From the NCBI GenBank assembly GCA_018651725.1, contig JABIDK010000019.1:3894-67893 (forward strand): DNA of 64,000 nt, written 5' to 3'. Origin of the DNA: Candidatus Falkowbacteria bacterium. GTDB taxonomy: Bacteria; Patescibacteriota; Patescibacteriia; JAACEG01. Position numbers and translations under genes: made by a program. Shown piece after piece: positions 39,853 to 49,544 of this stretch. The notes under the pieces were generated by a model. The model was not told the DNA's origin and ran no database searches. It was given only the letters and a program-made list of their open reading frames with translations. Position 1 is the first letter of the stretch. Every line of letters begins with the position of its first letter.

Positions 39853-40452
39853 TTATTTTGCAACCGTTATTCGGTTACGTCCGTTATGTTTTGATTGATA
39901 AAGAGCGTCATCTGCTCTTTTCATAAGAGTGTCTTGAGTTTGATGATAATCCCACCCGGCAACACCACCTGAAATCGTACAATTAAAACTACCTTTGATC
40001 GTACAATAAAAAGTGTGCTCTTTAATTGCCAAGCGAATGCGTTCGGCGAACAACTTGGCTCCTTTAACAAAGGTGTCTGGCAAAAGGATCAAAAATTCTT
40101 CTCCCCCATACCTGAAAGGCACATCAGCCTTCCTTATTATCTCCTTAATAAAACAAGCTACTTTTTTTAAAACCTCGTCCCCAACAAAATGTCCGTACTC
40201 GTCATTAATCTTTTTAAAGTTATCGATATCAAGCATTAAAACGCTTAATTTGTCATTTCCATTTCTTGTTACACGGCTAATTTCTCGTGCAATGATTTTA
40301 TCCATCCTTAATCGATTGTTCAGACCAGTTAACGGATCCTTGCCTCTTTCAGCTTCAAGCTCTGCGACTCTCGCTCTCAGCTGTTTAATTTCATCTTCTA
40401 ATGTGGTTTCTGTACTTTCGTCTGCCTCTGCCATTCTAAAAATGGTGTCCAT
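39853..40452 (-). CDS. GGDEF-domain diguanylate cyclase, stand-alone with an N-terminal coiled-coil
   Basis: Active site RYGGEEF. The inhibitory-site-like RxxD is absent or unclear. No sensor domain. Confidence 0.8.
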   Translation of the reverse strand: MDTIFRMAEADESTETTLEDEIKQLRARVAELEAERGKDPLTGLNNRLRMDKIIAREISRVTRNGNDKLSVLMLDIDNFKKINDEYGHFVGDEVLKKVACFIKEIIRKADVPFRYGGEEFLILLPDTFVKGAKLFAERIRLAIKEHTFYCTIKGSFNCTISGGVAGWDYHQTQDTLMKRADDALYQSKHNGRNRITVAK

Positions 40453-40551
40453 GCTATTCTCCTTATTTTTTGAATTGTAGTGTTCAATTTATTGATAAAT
40501 AAGTATACCATGCTTACACTGTTTTGTCAATACAGATTCACTAAAAATAAC

Positions 40552-40582
40552 AAAAAGGCGAGCTGAATGCTCGCCTTTTTTT
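40552..40582 (-). terminator. Rho-independent terminator downstream of the DsbA-like gene (bidirectional hairpin)
   Basis: aaaaaGGCGAGCtgaatGCTCGCCttttttt. Confidence 0.7.
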
Positions 40583-40600
40583 ATCTGCTTAATGGATTGC

Positions 40601-41710
40601 CTAGTTACAACCGCCGGTTGAGGCTGCGGCTGCTTCGCCTAATGTTTCGGAACATTCTTTTGGCTGAGTGTTAAAGGCGTTACAAATTCCTAGTTTGTAG
40701 TTTTCCGGAGCTCTGCCTCCGCTATATTTTACGCCGTTAATTACTAAGGCTGGAGAACCGGTAATACCGTATTTCTTATTTAGAGCTACTTCTTCTGCTA
40801 GCATTCCTATTGCTTCATCTTTTTGACAAGTTGCGATTTTTCCGGTATCGATACCAAGATCATCGGCTGGATTTGTCCAGCATTCTTCAATATTTTGGAT
40901 ATTACAATCTTTGTTAACTGCGTCGATATAGTCCCAAAATTTGCTTCTGTTGTATTTATAGATACAAAGCTCTCTGACGTTTTGATTCAATTCTTCGATT
41001 CCGTGCATTGAACAATATTTATCCTCTTCATCTAAACAATATTTTTCTCCACCGCCACGATAATCTGAGTAAATTACATAGTGAGGTTCAATCTCTACGC
41101 TATCACCAAGTAATCTGGCAACCGGTGAAATTCCGTCTTCGGCTTGATTACCAAATGGACAATAACTCATTGTAAATAACTCTACTTTTGGTGCATCTGC
41201 TTTTGGAACATCAGCTGCGGCAGGCGGAGGAGTGTTTTGTGCTTGTTTTTGTTCAGCTACTTTTTGTAAAATTTCTTCCATATCAATCGCGTCCGGTAAG
41301 AAAAATTTTCCGTCTTTACTTATATACAAAGTTGAAGTTGAAGTTTGATCGTTTGTGTTAGTGATAAGAGTGGTAACTGCGTAAACTCCGCTTTTTTCTT
41401 CTGTTTCCATAACCTCAATTCCTTTAACGCTTTGACCATAAGCCTCGTTAATAAAATCTGTTAATTTTTTCTGCGCTTCCTCAGCTGTTAATAACTCTTC
41501 TGTTGTTTTATCACCTCTTACAAGATCCATCATTTTACTGTTTTCAGTAACAAGCAAGGTGACGGCTATTAATAAAAAAATAACAGCAATAATCCAAAAA
41601 TAACCTGTGCTTTTTGTTTTTCTCTTTTTCGTAGAGACACGAGAAGTCTTTAATGACTTCAAAGATTTGTGTTCTGGCATAAAATAAACTAAATATAGCA
41701 AACCAATCAA
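40601..41710 (-). CDS. Membrane-anchored DsbA-like thioredoxin-fold protein
   Basis: N-terminal TM helix. CPFG redox motif (FTMSYCPFGNQ), with a DsbA-like GITGSPALVINGVKY near the C-terminus. Confidence 0.5.
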   Translation of the reverse strand: MIGLLYLVYFMPEHKSLKSLKTSRVSTKKRKTKSTGYFWIIAVIFLLIAVTLLVTENSKMMDLVRGDKTTEELLTAEEAQKKLTDFINEAYGQSVKGIEVMETEEKSGVYAVTTLITNTNDQTSTSTLYISKDGKFFLPDAIDMEEILQKVAEQKQAQNTPPPAAADVPKADAPKVELFTMSYCPFGNQAEDGISPVARLLGDSVEIEPHYVIYSDYRGGGEKYCLDEEDKYCSMHGIEELNQNVRELCIYKYNRSKFWDYIDAVNKDCNIQNIEECWTNPADDLGIDTGKIATCQKDEAIGMLAEEVALNKKYGITGSPALVINGVKYSGGRAPENYKLGICNAFNTQPKECSETLGEAAAASTGGCN

Positions 41711-41902
41711 GTCTTTAATTAGCTTGCTTATTTTTTATTAAATTATATATTTAAATTTTTTATTGTTTTAAATTATTTTAATTATATTATAATAATAAAC
41801 TAAATACAAAAACAGGTCAACACTCTTTACAAAAAATAATTATTATGGTATAAAAATATAGTTAATCTAATAATAACAATTTTTAAAAAATAATGCAAAT
41901 CT

Positions 41903-42235
41903 ATGAAAAAAGACATTCATCCAACTTACCAAGAAAAAGTAAAAATAACTTGCTCCTGCGGAGCTAGTTTTGAAGCAGGCTCAACTCAAAAAGAGCTTAA
42001 AACAGAAATTTGTTCTGCTTGCCATCCGTTTTATACCGGTAAACAAAAACTCGTTGATACCGCCGGAAACGTAAATAAATTCAAAAAGAAAATGGCTGTT
42101 AAAGATGAGCTTGCCAAAACCAGAAAAGGAAAAAAGGCAAAAAGAGCCGTACGGGCCAAAGCCAAAGCGAAAACAACTAAAACCGAAAGCAAAGCCAAAC
42201 CGGTTAAGAAAAAATCAACACCTAAAAAAAAGTAA
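41903..42235 (+). CDS. rpmE: 50S ribosomal protein L31 (Zn-ribbon form) with a ~45-aa lysine/alanine-rich C-terminal extension
   Basis: [28 protein letters not shown]...[10 protein letters not shown] gives CxC...CxxC. The tail is [17 protein letters not shown]...KKK. Confidence 0.85.
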   Translation: MKKDIHPTYQEKVKITCSCGASFEAGSTQKELKTEICSACHPFYTGKQKLVDTAGNVNKFKKKMAVKDELAKTRKGKKAKRAVRAKAKAKTTKTESKAKPVKKKSTPKKK

Positions 42236-42296
42236 AAAAATAAAAAATAATATAAAATCAAAATCGTTCTCTTAAAACCTACTCAAGGAGATAAAC

Positions 42297-42650
42297 ATGG
42301 AAATTTTTAATGATGTGAATACTTTTGAAACAGTAATAGGGGGTTTCATTGGTGTGTTATTGTTTGTGTTATGGTATATGTCACTGATCATTACCGGCAT
42401 TTATATTAAAAATGACCCATACAGCAAAAAGAGCGTTTTTCTTTTTTGTGGTGTAGCTATTTTTATGTCGATGATAGTAATCGTTCCAGTATCTTATTTT
42501 ATCGTAAGAATTGAATTTGACTGGATGACGTTTTCCTGTTTGACAACGCTTATTATTGCTATTACAATCGCCTGTTTACGATTTATTGGACAGAAAATAT
42601 CTATTATACGTTATGAACTTGAAGAATTTAGGAAATACCCATATTGGTAA
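42297..42650 (+). CDS. Small membrane protein (3 TM), hypothetical
   Basis: Preceded by a GGAG Shine-Dalgarno sequence (ctcaaggagataaacATG). Confidence 0.4.
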   Translation: MEIFNDVNTFETVIGGFIGVLLFVLWYMSLIITGIYIKNDPYSKKSVFLFCGVAIFMSMIVIVPVSYFIVRIEFDWMTFSCLTTLIIAITIACLRFIGQKISIIRYELEEFRKYPYW

Positions 42651-42676
42651 TTATATTTTCAACTATGTCTTTTTAG

Positions 42677-42705
42677 CCGCTAATATTTATATTAGCGGCA
42701 TTTTA
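42677..42705 (+). terminator. Rho-independent terminator after the rpmE / small membrane protein unit
   Basis: GCCGCTAATATttATATTAGCGGC (11-bp perfect stem) followed by aTTTTa. Confidence 0.5.
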
Positions 42706-42756
42706 ATTGTTTGTGATAATTGACCTTTTAACTGTTTTATGCTTAAATAACTTTAT

Positions 42757-43791
42757 ATGCAAGACAAAATAAAAAAGGTTAAAGAACAATATTTAAAATT
42801 AGAAAAGGATTTACAGGATCCCGGTCTTGTTAGTGATCAAAAAAAATATAAAAAAACAACTCAGGAATTCAATGAATTGCAAGAACAAATAGGAATAATT
42901 AAAAAATTCGAGAGCAACAAAGAAGCTCTTAAGGATACTCAAGAAGCATTAAAAAGCAACGACAAAGAACTTGTTGAGATGGCGAAAGAAGAATTAAAAG
43001 ACCTTGAACAAGAAGAGCAAAAAATAAAAGAAGAATTAAAAGAAGTTTTAAAGCCAAAAGATCCTTTAGATAAAAAAGATATAATTATGGAGATTAGGGC
43101 GGGAACCGGTGGAGATGAATCAGCGCTTTTTACAGCTGATTTATTTAGGATGTACAGCAAATATTCTGAAAATAAAGGTTGGAAAATAAATATTTTAAGT
43201 TCTTCTCAAATTGGAATTGGCGGATTTAAAGAAATTATATTCGAAGTTAAAGGGCAAAATGTCTATGCAGACTTAAAATTTGAGAGAGGCACTCACCGCG
43301 TACAAAGAGTTCCGGAAACAGAAAAAAGCGGAAGAATTCACACTTCCGCTGTTACAGTAGCTGTTTTACCTGAGGCCGATGAAGTTGATATAGAAATCGA
43401 CCAAAAAGATCTGAGAATAGATACTTTTTGCGCCTCCGGAAAAGGTGGACAAGGTGTAAATACTACAAAATCGGCTGTAAGAATAACCTATTTACCAACA
43501 AATATTGTTGTATCGTGTCAAGATGAAAGATCTCAACTACAAAACAAGGAAAGAGGGATGCGGATATTACGCTCCCGCGTACTTGCCTATGAAGAAGAAA
43601 AAAGGCAAAAAGAGCTTTCCGAAGAAAGAAAATCTCAAGTAGGATCAGGCGACAGAAGCGAAAAAATCAGAACTTATAACTTCCCCCAAGATAGAATTAC
43701 TGATCATAGAATCAAAAAAAGCTGGCACAATCTGCCAAAAATTTTAGAAGGAGAAATCGAAGAAATGATTGAGGAGCTAAAAAAAGCTTAA
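42757..43791 (+). CDS. prfA: Peptide chain release factor 1
   Basis: GGQ motif ([11 protein letters not shown]) and RF1-type tripeptide PET ([24 protein letters not shown] in most RF1). About 344 aa. Confidence 0.9.
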   Translation: MQDKIKKVKEQYLKLEKDLQDPGLVSDQKKYKKTTQEFNELQEQIGIIKKFESNKEALKDTQEALKSNDKELVEMAKEELKDLEQEEQKIKEELKEVLKPKDPLDKKDIIMEIRAGTGGDESALFTADLFRMYSKYSENKGWKINILSSSQIGIGGFKEIIFEVKGQNVYADLKFERGTHRVQRVPETEKSGRIHTSAVTVAVLPEADEVDIEIDQKDLRIDTFCASGKGGQGVNTTKSAVRITYLPTNIVVSCQDERSQLQNKERGMRILRSRVLAYEEEKRQKELSEERKSQVGSGDRSEKIRTYNFPQDRITDHRIKKSWHNLPKILEGEIEEMIEELKKA

Positions 43792-44222
43792 AATAACTCC
43801 TTTTGTCCCACTTTTTTATCAAGTGCTTCGTTCAATAGCTTATCTGCCTCCTTGTTTTGCTCTCGCCTGACATGAGTAAAGGAGATTCTTCCAAAATCCA
43901 ACATTAAATTCCATACTTCTAGGAAAAACTTTTGCAGATTTTCGTTCTCTATTTTGTACTCATGATTTAGCTGTTTAACAATTAATTCGCTATCTAAAAA
44001 ACACTCAATTTCCGCTTGCTTGGCCTTAAATTTGCCAATCAAGCTTTTTGTTTTTTTAAGAGCAAAAACAAGTGCTCGATATTCAGCTTCGTTATTGGTA
44101 GTCTCTCCAATGTACTCACCATAACCCTTATCTATCCCCGCCCCCTTAATAACCGCTCCAATCCCAGCCGGACCAGGATTTCCCCTAGCCCCTCCATCGG
44201 TATAAATAGTAATTTTTTCCAT
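43788..44222 (-). CDS. rnhA: Ribonuclease HI
   Basis: [22 protein letters not shown], with DEDD-type catalytic residues (D, E in TNNEAEY, D). Its stop codon overlaps the prfA stop (convergent). Confidence 0.75.
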   Translation of the reverse strand: MEKITIYTDGGARGNPGPAGIGAVIKGAGIDKGYGEYIGETTNNEAEYRALVFALKKTKSLIGKFKAKQAEIECFLDSELIVKQLNHEYKIENENLQKFFLEVWNLMLDFGRISFTHVRREQNKEADKLLNEALDKKVGQKELF

Positions 44223-44258
44223 AAGATTGAATTTTAATTATAAAATATCCTAAAAATC

Positions 44259-45950
44259 TCATATTTTTGAATGCCGTAAATCCACTACCTTTAACTGTAA
44301 CTCTCTGTTTCCGTTCCAGTGATTTTCGTCTATTTCGTAGAGTAAGTCAATTTTATCTCCTGCCTTTAAATTTTCTCGCCAGGTTTCTGCGATTCCGAAG
44401 CCGATGCAATCTTTTGAGCAATTTGAGTTTTCTAGAGATTCGTTAACAAAAATCTTTAGATGGTTTCCATTTTGCCCGACTTCTCTTTTTGATAGTAACT
44501 TTAAATTTCTAGTTAAAAATATAGGTTTGGTGTTGCCCATGCCGAACGGAGCGAATTTTATTAAATCGTTAAATAAACCCCAAGTAATATCGTTTAAATC
44601 AATTTCAGCATCAATGTTTAAAACAGATTCAAGATCATCGTTAGTTAACTTTTGATTGGCAATACTTAAAAATTGTTTTTGAAACTCAGATAATAAATCT
44701 TTACTTTTTAAGGTAAGACCACAAGCACCGGCATGTCCGCCAAAGTGGGAAAACAAATCTTTTAGTTCATTCAAAATTTCAATAAGATCAAATGAAGGAA
44801 TACTCCGACCGGACCCGATTATTTCCCCATCTTTTTCTGTTAAAACAAATGAAGGGCGTTTATAAACATCTGTCACTTTTCCAGCAATTAAACCGACTAT
44901 TCCGATTGGACATTCTTTTTGCAAAGAAAATATCACTTTATCTTTAGGATTTTCGCCTATTTCTTTTAAAATACTCTTAGTAATTTTCTCAGTAAGTTTT
45001 TGTCTTTCACTATTAGCTTCATTCAATTTTTTCACTCTCTCGTTCGCCTTATCTAAAGACTTTGACTTAAGTAAATCGTAGGCTAAACTAGCATGCCTCA
45101 TCCTACCGGCAGCGTTAATCCGAGGAGATATTCTGAATGATACGGAGCGACTGTCAATCTCTCCCATTTTTAAAGATGCTCCGTCGATAAGCGTCTGCAA
45201 GCCGATTCTTTTTGTTTTATTTAAAACTATCAAACCATATTTAGTTAAAACTCTGTTTTCTCCTATAAGAGGCATGCAATCAGCGATTGTACCGATTGCC
45301 ACCAAATCAAGCAACCACTTTTCAAAAGCTTCATTTTTATTGTTAAGTAGTGCTTGAACCAATTTAAAAGCCACACCAACGCCTGCTAAGTCTTTAAATG
45401 GGTATTTTTTATCGCTCTTAGGGTTTATAATTAAACACTTTGGAACTTTTTTTGGTGGGAAGTGATGATCGGTAATAATAATATCCATTCCTAAATTTTT
45501 TATTAACTCCACTTCTTTAAAACTGCTTATTCCGCAATCAACAGTTATAATAAGTTCAGCTCCTTTTTCTTTTATTTTTTTAATTGCCTGCTCGTTTAAG
45601 CCATACCCCTCTTTTTCTCTGTCCGGTATATAGATTGAAACTTCAGCCCCTAAATGCTTTAAGCCAATACTCAAAACTGCAGTTGAAGTTACTCCATCGG
45701 CGTCATAATCACCGTAAATTACTATTTTTTTCTTTTCTTGAATAGCTTTTTCTATTTTTTCAACTGCTTTTTTCATATCAGAAAACAAAAAAGCATCCCC
45801 TAATAAATTATAACTAGGGGATAAAAATTCATTCATTTCTTGCTCTTCAGTAATTTCTCGGTTATTCAAAAGTTGTAAAATAATTGAATTAACTTCAGGA
45901 AATTTCAGAGCAAAATCTTTATCAATTTTTTTTCTAACTTTCCATTTCAT
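44259..45950 (-). CDS. recJ: Single-stranded-DNA-specific exonuclease RecJ
   Basis: DHH motifs (IVIYGDYDADGVTS, ITDHH), a DHHA1 GGH motif (GGHAGACG), and a C-terminal OB-fold domain. Confidence 0.85.
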   Translation of the reverse strand: MKWKVRKKIDKDFALKFPEVNSIILQLLNNREITEEQEMNEFLSPSYNLLGDAFLFSDMKKAVEKIEKAIQEKKKIVIYGDYDADGVTSTAVLSIGLKHLGAEVSIYIPDREKEGYGLNEQAIKKIKEKGAELIITVDCGISSFKEVELIKNLGMDIIITDHHFPPKKVPKCLIINPKSDKKYPFKDLAGVGVAFKLVQALLNNKNEAFEKWLLDLVAIGTIADCMPLIGENRVLTKYGLIVLNKTKRIGLQTLIDGASLKMGEIDSRSVSFRISPRINAAGRMRHASLAYDLLKSKSLDKANERVKKLNEANSERQKLTEKITKSILKEIGENPKDKVIFSLQKECPIGIVGLIAGKVTDVYKRPSFVLTEKDGEIIGSGRSIPSFDLIEILNELKDLFSHFGGHAGACGLTLKSKDLLSEFQKQFLSIANQKLTNDDLESVLNIDAEIDLNDITWGLFNDLIKFAPFGMGNTKPIFLTRNLKLLSKREVGQNGNHLKIFVNESLENSNCSKDCIGFGIAETWRENLKAGDKIDLLYEIDENHWNGNRELQLKVVDLRHSKI

Positions 45951-46071
45951 ATTACAAACCTACATGAAAATAGGACCAAGTGTCCAAAAGATCAAACTCA
46001 TAGTCATAACAATAACAACTATTAACCAAACAACTTTCTGCCACTTACTTTTTTTAGATGAAAACATAATA

Positions 46072-46473
46072 TTAATTTTTATATTTATTATTAAAGTCTA
46101 CTGCATCGTTATATTTTGCAAACTCCTTATGATGAGCAGGCTCAATAAATCCAGGGTTTTCTTTATGCTTAATTCCACACCAGTAGTTCTCTGTTTCGCC
46201 AGCCATTTTAACCCAATAATTTGCCAATCCATTCGCATAACCGCAATAAACACACCCTAATTTTTGAAACCAAGTTAAATATTTTAATTTATATCGATCG
46301 AGTTTAATATATCTTCTTCTTTTAACATATGGAATTTTACACAAAGGAAAACAAATACGGTGATAAATTTCAACCCAAAAATCTAAAATAATCATAGGGA
46401 TAATTATGCTGGTAATAATCGGGATAATAATAACGCGAGTTATAAATCGAAGGTGCTTTTTAAGATAAAGCAT
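46072..46473 (-). CDS. Hypothetical small membrane protein with a CVYCG...WCG cysteine cluster
   Basis: One or two TM helices at the N-terminus. No family recognised. Confidence 0.35.
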   Translation of the reverse strand: MLYLKKHLRFITRVIIIPIITSIIIPMIILDFWVEIYHRICFPLCKIPYVKRRRYIKLDRYKLKYLTWFQKLGCVYCGYANGLANYWVKMAGETENYWCGIKHKENPGFIEPAHHKEFAKYNDAVDFNNKYKN

Positions 46474-46482
46474 AAATTTATC

Positions 46483-47478
46483 TTAACTTACTAAGCTTAC
46501 CATATCTGCCAATCTGCTAGAGTATCCCCATTCGTTGTCGTACCAGGCTACTATTTTTAGCAAATCTCCGTCCACTATTTTTGTCATTTGTAAGTCAACT
46601 ATGGTCGAATATGGGTTGCCAATAAAATCTGATGACACCAACGGCTCTTCGGTGGCGTCTAAAATTCCTTTGCACTGAGCTTGTTTTTTGGCTTGAACAA
46701 ATAATTTGTTCACTTTTTCTTCGGTGGTTTTTTTCTTTAGAAGAAAAACAAAATCACTCATTGAAACAACCGGTATCGGTACTCTAACAGAAATCCCATC
46801 AAATTTTCCCTTAAGTTTAGGTATAACTTTTTGAGTGGCAATGGCTGCCCCGGTTGTTGTTGGAACAATATTTTCTGCGGCTGATCGTGCCCGACGTAAA
46901 TCATTTTTTGGTCCATCAATCAAGTTTTGTCCGGCGGTATAGGCGTGAATTGTTGTCATCATTACCTTTTTAATGCCAATTTTATCTTCAATAATTTTAG
47001 TAATCGGTGCAATACAGTTAGTGGTGCATGATGCATTAGAGATAATCTTATCAGATTTTTTTATTTTTTGATGGTTAACCCCTAAAACATAAGTTGGGAT
47101 TTTATCGTCCTTTGCCGGAGCAGAGAGTATTACTTTTTTTGCACCGGCCTTTAAATGCTTTCCAGCTGATTCTTTAGTACGAAATAAACCGGTACACTCC
47201 AAAACAATATCAACTCCCAACTCTTTCCAAGGAAGCTTTTCAGGATCTTTTTCTGATAAAGATTTATAACTTTTACTATCAACAACAAGACTTGTTTTAG
47301 TTGCCTTTACTTTTTTATCGTACACTCCATAAACAGTATCGTACTTTAAAAGATGGGCTAAAGTATCGTTATCGGTCAAGTCATTAATAGCTACTACTTG
47401 TAAATTTTTATGCTTTTCCAGCAAGATTTTAAATGTAGCCCGACCAATCCGGCCAAAGCCGTTAATCGCAATTTTCAT
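46483..47478 (-). CDS. gap: Glyceraldehyde-3-phosphate dehydrogenase
   Basis: MKIAINGFGRIGR Rossmann motif and the active site SNASCTTNCIAP. The start is trimmed to MKIAING. Confidence 0.9.
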   Translation of the reverse strand: MKIAINGFGRIGRATFKILLEKHKNLQVVAINDLTDNDTLAHLLKYDTVYGVYDKKVKATKTSLVVDSKSYKSLSEKDPEKLPWKELGVDIVLECTGLFRTKESAGKHLKAGAKKVILSAPAKDDKIPTYVLGVNHQKIKKSDKIISNASCTTNCIAPITKIIEDKIGIKKVMMTTIHAYTAGQNLIDGPKNDLRRARSAAENIVPTTTGAAIATQKVIPKLKGKFDGISVRVPIPVVSMSDFVFLLKKKTTEEKVNKLFVQAKKQAQCKGILDATEEPLVSSDFIGNPYSTIVDLQMTKIVDGDLLKIVAWYDNEWGYSSRLADMVSLVS

Positions 47479-47527
47479 AAGAGTGAAATTTTTGTTAATA
47501 ATCTTTTCAGCCAAAGGCTGATAATTT

Positions 47528-48631
47528 TTAAATTTTTATTTCTTCTAATTTAACTTTTATTTTTTTAATTTTTCCGCTTCTTAAAACTTCTAACTCAACC
47601 TCAGTATCCGGTTTATACTCTTGAATTATCTCACTTAAATTCTTTTTTGTACCTATCTCTTCTCCTTCAATAGAAATAACAATATCTTTATATTTCAAGC
47701 CAACTTTACTTGCCGGACTGTTCTTTTCTATCGCCTCTGTACTTTTATCGCTATAAATCAAAGCTCCTTTACTTTCTGATATATTATCTGTTGTTTTATT
47801 ATCTTTAGTAAACTCTGTAAGGTCAATATAGTTTATTCCTAAAAATATTCTTTTTAGTTCCTTACCTCTTAATACTTGACCTATTGTGTCTTTAAAATCA
47901 TTTATAAAAATCGCCTTATATATTCCTCCTTCTCCGCTGCTAACAAGCCCTGTCACTTCTCCGTGCGAATTAATAAGAGGGGATCCAATATTGCTTTTCC
48001 CGTCTATAACCATCCTTCGCTCCAACTTTTCGCTGGACAGAATTAAACTATCAAAATTATTCAAACTAATCACTTTGTGCAGTAAAACACCACCAAACAA
48101 ATCCAATCCGATCAAGTCATCAAGCAAATTAAGTTTATTTGAATCTCCTAATTTTATTGCCTCTAAATTGTCATCTTCAACCTCTGCTTTCAAAAATAAA
48201 ACTCCTGTTGCTGGGTCAACTATTTTTTCTTTAAAAGAAAAAACTTGCCCGTTATTGATAACAACTAACTCACTGTTTATTTCTTTATTTAAGTTTTCAG
48301 AGAGAGTAACAACCCAACCATCGTCAGTTAAAACAAATCCATAAGCGATAATGTCTTGCGGTAAATAGTAATTATCAGTTAAATTATCAGAATCTTCTTT
48401 AGCGCGCGCAACCCCTACTACACTTTTTCGAAGATGATCCATGGAAACATCATAAAAAGTTTTCTCACTGTCTTTAAAGGTTAATTCGCCCGTACTTAAA
48501 TTATCGATATTTCCTGTGTAAGATTTTATATCTAAAATATTATCTTCCACAACTAAAGCACCTAAAATACCGGCCAAAAAACCTACCACCATTGAAATTA
48601 AAACAAGATATAAGCTATAAAATTTTTTCAT
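47528..48631 (-). CDS. HtrA/DegP-like trypsin-fold serine protease with a C-terminal PDZ domain, membrane-anchored
   Basis: N-terminal TM helix. Protease core with a degenerate GNSGGPL equivalent (KSNIGSPLINSHGEVTGL). C-terminal PDZ domain. Confidence 0.55.
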   Translation of the reverse strand: MKKFYSLYLVLISMVVGFLAGILGALVVEDNILDIKSYTGNIDNLSTGELTFKDSEKTFYDVSMDHLRKSVVGVARAKEDSDNLTDNYYLPQDIIAYGFVLTDDGWVVTLSENLNKEINSELVVINNGQVFSFKEKIVDPATGVLFLKAEVEDDNLEAIKLGDSNKLNLLDDLIGLDLFGGVLLHKVISLNNFDSLILSSEKLERRMVIDGKSNIGSPLINSHGEVTGLVSSGEGGIYKAIFINDFKDTIGQVLRGKELKRIFLGINYIDLTEFTKDNKTTDNISESKGALIYSDKSTEAIEKNSPASKVGLKYKDIVISIEGEEIGTKKNLSEIIQEYKPDTEVELEVLRSGKIKKIKVKLEEIKI

Positions 48632-48648
48632 ATTTTTTTATTAAATTT

Positions 48649-48672
48649 ATTACATAATAAGCTATGTAACAA
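48649..48672. promoter_or_regulatory. Solo copy of the 22-bp dyad motif (a)TTACATA-ATAAGC-TATGTAAC, immediately upstream of the htrA-like start
   Basis: ttacataataagctatgt is 18/18 identical to 19261..19278, the left end of repeat element B upstream of rplU. Confidence 0.45.
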
Positions 48673-48677
48673 GTTTA

Positions 48678-49544
48678 TTACACCCATCTTGCTGTGGCAA
48701 TTGCTAAAATTATAACCACACAAGATACAGTTAAATGCCTAATTATTTTTACTTTATCTAAAGTCCCTTTTACATGAAAATAAATCGTTCCAACAAGAGC
48801 ATAATACACAACCGCCAGTGTTAAACCGTTAACATAGAAACTAATCGGTAAAAACATTATTGCCCAAAAAATTTCTACAATAATAATAGTTATAATTATA
48901 TTATAAAGATAGTTGGTGTTTTTAGGGATTTGATATATGAAAAAAAGCTGAATATTGGACAAAAAAGTAAAAATAACAATAAGCGAAATAATAAATATCA
49001 CCGAAAAATTAAAAAGAGGAGAAAGTGAAAAACAAGCTGAGTAAATTAGAAATAACGAAACTAAATTTATAACCGTAAATATATTTTCTAAAAAATACTC
49101 CTTTAAGCTGCCAAATTTCTCCAAACTCTCCCTTACTTTAAGCGAGTCCGGATAAAAATAAAAAAATAAACTTTCTAAAAACAAAAAATAAAAAAAACAA
49201 AATAAAATAATCATTAAATGAATAATCCAAGGATTACTCTGTAAAAGAACAAAAGCCACACTTCCTAAAAATAAAATCAAAGGGGCAATAAAAAAAATGT
49301 AATTTTTATTCTCTGAAGATAATTTTATGATTTTTTTAAACTTATAAAAAAAAGACTTTTCTTGAGCTAACTCTTTTCTAATAGAGATACTCTTTGGTAT
49401 AATCCTCCAAACTGAGAAAAGTATAATAAGAGAGGATCCCAAAATAACACCTAAAATTAACGAGACTCTCCAAGCCAAAATCTCTAACAAAATAAATGTT
49501 AAAAAAACTGAAAAAATAAAATTAAATCGCTTGAACCAAATCAT
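48678..49544 (-). CDS. Polytopic membrane protein (about 8 TM), hypothetical
   Basis: Hydrophobic ORF that overlaps the next gene by 4 nt. Confidence 0.4.
   Translation of the reverse strand: MIWFKRFNFIFSVFLTFILLEILAWRVSLILGVILGSSLIILFSVWRIIPKSISIRKELAQEKSFFYKFKKIIKLSSENKNYIFFIAPLILFLGSVAFVLLQSNPWIIHLMIILFCFFYFLFLESLFFYFYPDSLKVRESLEKFGSLKEYFLENIFTVINLVSLFLIYSACFSLSPLFNFSVIFIISLIVIFTFLSNIQLFFIYQIPKNTNYLYNIIITIIIVEIFWAIMFLPISFYVNGLTLAVVYYALVGTIYFHVKGTLDKVKIIRHLTVSCVVIILAIATARWV

Noticed and set aside
43788-43791. prfA and rnhA overlap
   Set aside because: It is just convergent genes sharing overlapping stop codons (4-nt overlap), a compaction feature and not a regulatory element.
45964-46260. 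98-aa plus-strand ORF between recJ and the downstream hypothetical gene
   Set aside because: It overlaps the minus-strand 133-aa ORF over most of its length. Its composition is low-complexity hydrophobic, and it was not possible to decide which of the two, if either, is real.
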